Part shown: in pieces, positions 61,139 to 64,000 of the stretch | Numbering within the stretch: position 1 is the first letter of the stretch | How the letters are laid out: the number at the start of each line of letters is the position of its first letter | NCBI GenBank assembly: GCA_963848295.1 | Contig: CAWKDB010000010.1 | Coordinates: forward strand, 4,544,001-4,608,000 | Length of the DNA: 64,000 nucleotides | DNA from: an uncultured delta proteobacterium | GTDB lineage: Bacteria > Myxococcota_A > Polyangia > Haliangiales > Haliangiaceae | Reading direction: 5' to 3' | Notes under the pieces: model-generated | The model's input: only the letters and a program-made list of their open reading frames with translations | The model's database searches: none | Told to the model about the DNA's origin: nothing | Translations under genes and position numbers: made by a program

Positions 61139-62518
61139 ATGCGTGGTTTAGCCATCGTTTTCGCCATCTCCCTCGTCGCTTGCCAGAAGAGCGACGCCAA
61201 CAAGACCGCGTCCGCGACCGGCTCGGGCTCGGGCTCGGGCTCCGCCGCGGCCAGGATGCCGCAGCGTCCCAAGCCGGAGCAGATTCCGCCGCCGTTCGAT
61301 CTCAACAACCCGCCGAGCGACGCGATCAAGACGGCTTCGGGCTTGATCTACAAGAAGGAAGTCACGAACGACGCCGGTGTCGCCGCGAAGCGCAACGACA
61401 CGGTGATGATCAACTACACCGGTTGGAAGCAGGCGACCGGCGAGACGTTCTTCACGAACAAGACGCGCGGCCAGCCGATGCCGTTGCCGCTCGCGAACGC
61501 GGCCCCGGCGTTCACCGAAGCGTTGCAGCTGATCAAGAAGGGCGAGAAAGCCGTGCTGTGGGTGCCGCCGTCGATCGGCTACAAAGGTAAGCCGCAGGGC
61601 ACGCCGGAGACGCTGGTCTACGAGATCGAGGTCGTCGACATCCAGCCGGCGCCGCCGATCCCCGACGACATCACGAAGCCGAGTGACAAGGCCGAGACGC
61701 TCAAGAGCGGCGTCAAGATGCTCGTGCTGAAGCCGGGCACCGGCAAGGTCAAAGCGAAGGACTACGACACCGTCGAGTACAACTACAGCGGTTGGGACGC
61801 CGACGGCCGGATGTTCGACTCGACCGAGATGCGCAAGCACCCCGCGACGTCACAACCGTTTCATCAGTCGCCCGCGTTTCAAGAAGTGCTGACGAACATG
61901 ACCGAGGGCGAGCGCGTGCGGTTCTGGGCGCCGGCCGAGCAAGTCCTGAGGGGCGGGCGGCCGCAGCCGGGCGCACCGACCGGGTTGCTGTGCTACGAGG
62001 TCGAGATCGTGAAGATCACCCCGGGCATCGCGCCACCGCCGGTTCCGGCCGACGTCGCGAAGCCGCCGGCCGACGCGAAGAAGACCGCGAAGGGCGTGTT
62101 CTACAAGGTGCTCTCGGCAGGCAAGGGCGGCCCGCACCCGACGCCGACCGACACCGTCAAGGTCAACTACACGGGCTGGACGACCGACGGCAAGATGTTC
62201 GACTCGTCGGTGATTCGCAACCAACCGGCCGAGTTCCCGCTCAACGGCGTGATCGCAGGTTGGACCGACGGCATTCCGGTGATGTCGGTGGGCGACAAGG
62301 TCCGGTTCTGGATCCCCGAGGAGCTCGCCTACAAGGGCTCGCCCGGTCGGCCGCAGGGCATGCTCGTGTTCGACGTCGAGCTGCTCGAGATCAAGGCGGG
62401 ACCGCCGCCGGGCCAGGGTCCGCACGGTGGCATGCACGGCATGCCGGGCATGCACCCGCCGGGGATGCACCGGCCGCCGCCCGGTGCCCCGCCGCCGACG
62501 CCTCCGACGACGAAGTGA
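61139..62518 (+). CDS. Lipoprotein FKBP-type PPIase with three FKBP domains
   Basis: Three NYTGW/NYSGW...L.YE(I/V)E units; LVAC lipobox. Confidence 0.93.
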   Translation: MRGLAIVFAISLVACQKSDANKTASATGSGSGSGSAAARMPQRPKPEQIPPPFDLNNPPSDAIKTASGLIYKKEVTNDAGVAAKRNDTVMINYTGWKQATGETFFTNKTRGQPMPLPLANAAPAFTEALQLIKKGEKAVLWVPPSIGYKGKPQGTPETLVYEIEVVDIQPAPPIPDDITKPSDKAETLKSGVKMLVLKPGTGKVKAKDYDTVEYNYSGWDADGRMFDSTEMRKHPATSQPFHQSPAFQEVLTNMTEGERVRFWAPAEQVLRGGRPQPGAPTGLLCYEVEIVKITPGIAPPPVPADVAKPPADAKKTAKGVFYKVLSAGKGGPHPTPTDTVKVNYTGWTTDGKMFDSSVIRNQPAEFPLNGVIAGWTDGIPVMSVGDKVRFWIPEELAYKGSPGRPQGMLVFDVELLEIKAGPPPGQGPHGGMHGMPGMHPPGMHRPPPGAPPPTPPTTK

Positions 62519-63573
62519 TTCCGGCCGAGGTCGCCGCCGCGTGGGGATGGTCGCCGACCGCGACCACCGCGTTGCCCGGCGGCCTCATCAACGCGACGTT
62601 CGTCGTGCGCGACGCCGAGCGACCGATCGCGGTCGTCCAGCGCCTGCATCCGGCGTTCGGCGCCGAGGTCAACCTCGACCTCGAGGCGGTGACCGCGCAT
62701 CTCGCCGCGCGCGGGCTCGAGACCCCTCGGTTGTTGCGCACGCTCGCCGGTGAGCCGTGGTTCGTGCACGCAGGCGTGTGGCGCGCGCTGACCTGGGTGG
62801 ACGGCGAGTCGGTCGATGCGGTGCCCGATCCGGCCTGGGCGCGGGCCGCCGGACAACAAGTCGGCCGGTTTCACGTCGCGCTCGGTGACTTCGCGTACGA
62901 CTACCGGTTCGTGCGCGCCGGCGTCCACGACACGGCCGCGCACCTCGCGAAGTTGCGGGCGCGGATCGCCGGCGGTGCACCCGAAGCGCGCGAGGCCCGT
63001 CAGCTCTACACCGCGCAGGAGCTGCGCGAGGCCGTCGAGGTCGCCGAGGCGATCGACGCCGCGGCTGCCGCGTTACCGGCGCTGCCGACGTTGCCACGTC
63101 GCCACATCCACGGGGACCTCAAGATCAGCAACGTCCGGTTCCGTCGCGATCCGCTACGCGCGGTCGCGTTGCTCGATCTCGATACGCTCGGCAAGGGCGT
63201 GATCGCGTTCGAGCTCGGCGACGCGCTGCGCTCGTGGTGCAACCCGCGCGGCGAGGACGAAGCGGTGGCGCGGTTCGAGCTGCCGATCTTCGCCGCAGCG
63301 ATCGAGGGCTTTCGTTCGGTCGCCGATTCGATCGTGACGCCGGCCGAGCTCGCCGCGATCGCGATCGGGCTCGAGACCGTGTGCATCGAGCTCGCCACGC
63401 GCTTCGCGGTCGACGCATTCGATGACGACTACTTCGGCTGGAACCCGGCGAAGTTCCCGTCGCGCCGCGCTCACAACCTCGTGCGCGCGCGCGGCCAGCT
63501 CGCGCTCGCCCTCGCGGTCCGCGCCGCGAAAGCGGAGATCGCGGAGCTCCTCGCTACTTCGCGTACAGCATGA
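62515..63573 (+). CDS. APH-family phosphotransferase (N-acetylhexosamine kinase-like)
   Basis: GGLINATF, HGDLKISN and LDLDT motifs; GTG overlaps the FKBP stop. Confidence 0.88.
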   Translation: MIPAEVAAAWGWSPTATTALPGGLINATFVVRDAERPIAVVQRLHPAFGAEVNLDLEAVTAHLAARGLETPRLLRTLAGEPWFVHAGVWRALTWVDGESVDAVPDPAWARAAGQQVGRFHVALGDFAYDYRFVRAGVHDTAAHLAKLRARIAGGAPEAREARQLYTAQELREAVEVAEAIDAAAAALPALPTLPRRHIHGDLKISNVRFRRDPLRAVALLDLDTLGKGVIAFELGDALRSWCNPRGEDEAVARFELPIFAAAIEGFRSVADSIVTPAELAAIAIGLETVCIELATRFAVDAFDDDYFGWNPAKFPSRRAHNLVRARGQLALALAVRAAKAEIAELLATSRTA

Positions 63574-63961
63574 CGGTCGCCTCTGGCGTCGTCATGTGCA
63601 GGTAGCGGAACTCGAACTTGCGCGGGAACTGCATGCTGTCGCCCGGCAGATCGAACTTGTGGCTCTTGTTGGTCGCGTCGAACTTGATCACGTCCGGCGG
63701 CGAATCCTTGGTGCCGTCGCCCATCGTGATCGCGATGTCGCCCATGTCGAGCGGCTGATCGACCGTGACCATCGCGATGCCGAACTGGCCACCGTGGCTA
63801 CCGATGTCGATCACGCCGTGATCCGTCGTGTTCTGGATCTTGACCTGGCCGAGCAGCTCGTAGCCGTTCATGCCGCTACCGCTGCCGCCGCCAGTCGATT
63901 GAGCGCCGCCGCACGCGGCGAGGCCGACAACGAATGCGAGAAGTAAGCTGGATGACTTCAT
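63554..63961 (-). CDS. Small lipoprotein
   Basis: LAAC lipobox, Gly/Ser linker and beta-rich domain. Confidence 0.7.
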   Translation of the reverse strand: MKSSSLLLAFVVGLAACGGAQSTGGGSGSGMNGYELLGQVKIQNTTDHGVIDIGSHGGQFGIAMVTVDQPLDMGDIAITMGDGTKDSPPDVIKFDATNKSHKFDLPGDSMQFPRKFEFRYLHMTTPEATVMLYAK

Positions 63962-64000
63962 GGCCCGTGCGTACACCAAAACTGCCCCGCGGTGACAATC

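Overview
High-GC (roughly 70% by eye) bacterial DNA. Gene style (many Cys/Gly-rich 'xxAC-GGG' lipoproteins, DUF4331 pair, ferritin-like and RAYT families) points to Myxococcota, probably Haliangiales/Kofleriaceae-like; this is inference. About 55 densely packed CDS. Housekeeping genes include def, pyrD, thyA, folA, hemF, queF, feoAB with a Fur box, pepQ, an RluA-type synthase, a DTW protein and a triple FKBP. There is also a desaturase-DUF1365-Cfa lipid cluster, an ECF sigma/YciI pair and a HAMP-SpoIIE/TonB receptor/TPR/binding-protein operon. A small accessory patch at 5.4-7.4 kb holds a frameshifted higA and a frameshifted REP-associated tyrosine transposase. No rRNA, tRNA, cas gene or true CRISPR array was seen. 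Best candidates for undescribed biology: (1) a 54-bp double-hairpin element with compensatory base changes sitting in frame inside unrelated proteins; (2) a family of ten 24-bp GGGACG-N8-WTTGWCAMC repeats that always occur as pairs, two pairs bracketing an HNH gene; (3) a 7-gene coupled operon with a MotA/MotB-like pair and a divergent PLP alpha-oxoamine synthase; (4) a Trp-repeat small lipoprotein coupled to a diiron ferritin-like enzyme (RiPP-like); (5) a ~300-nt structured transcript with a 13-aa ORF divergent from queF. Several single-base frameshifts may be assembly errors. All family calls come from motif recognition by eye, not database searches.
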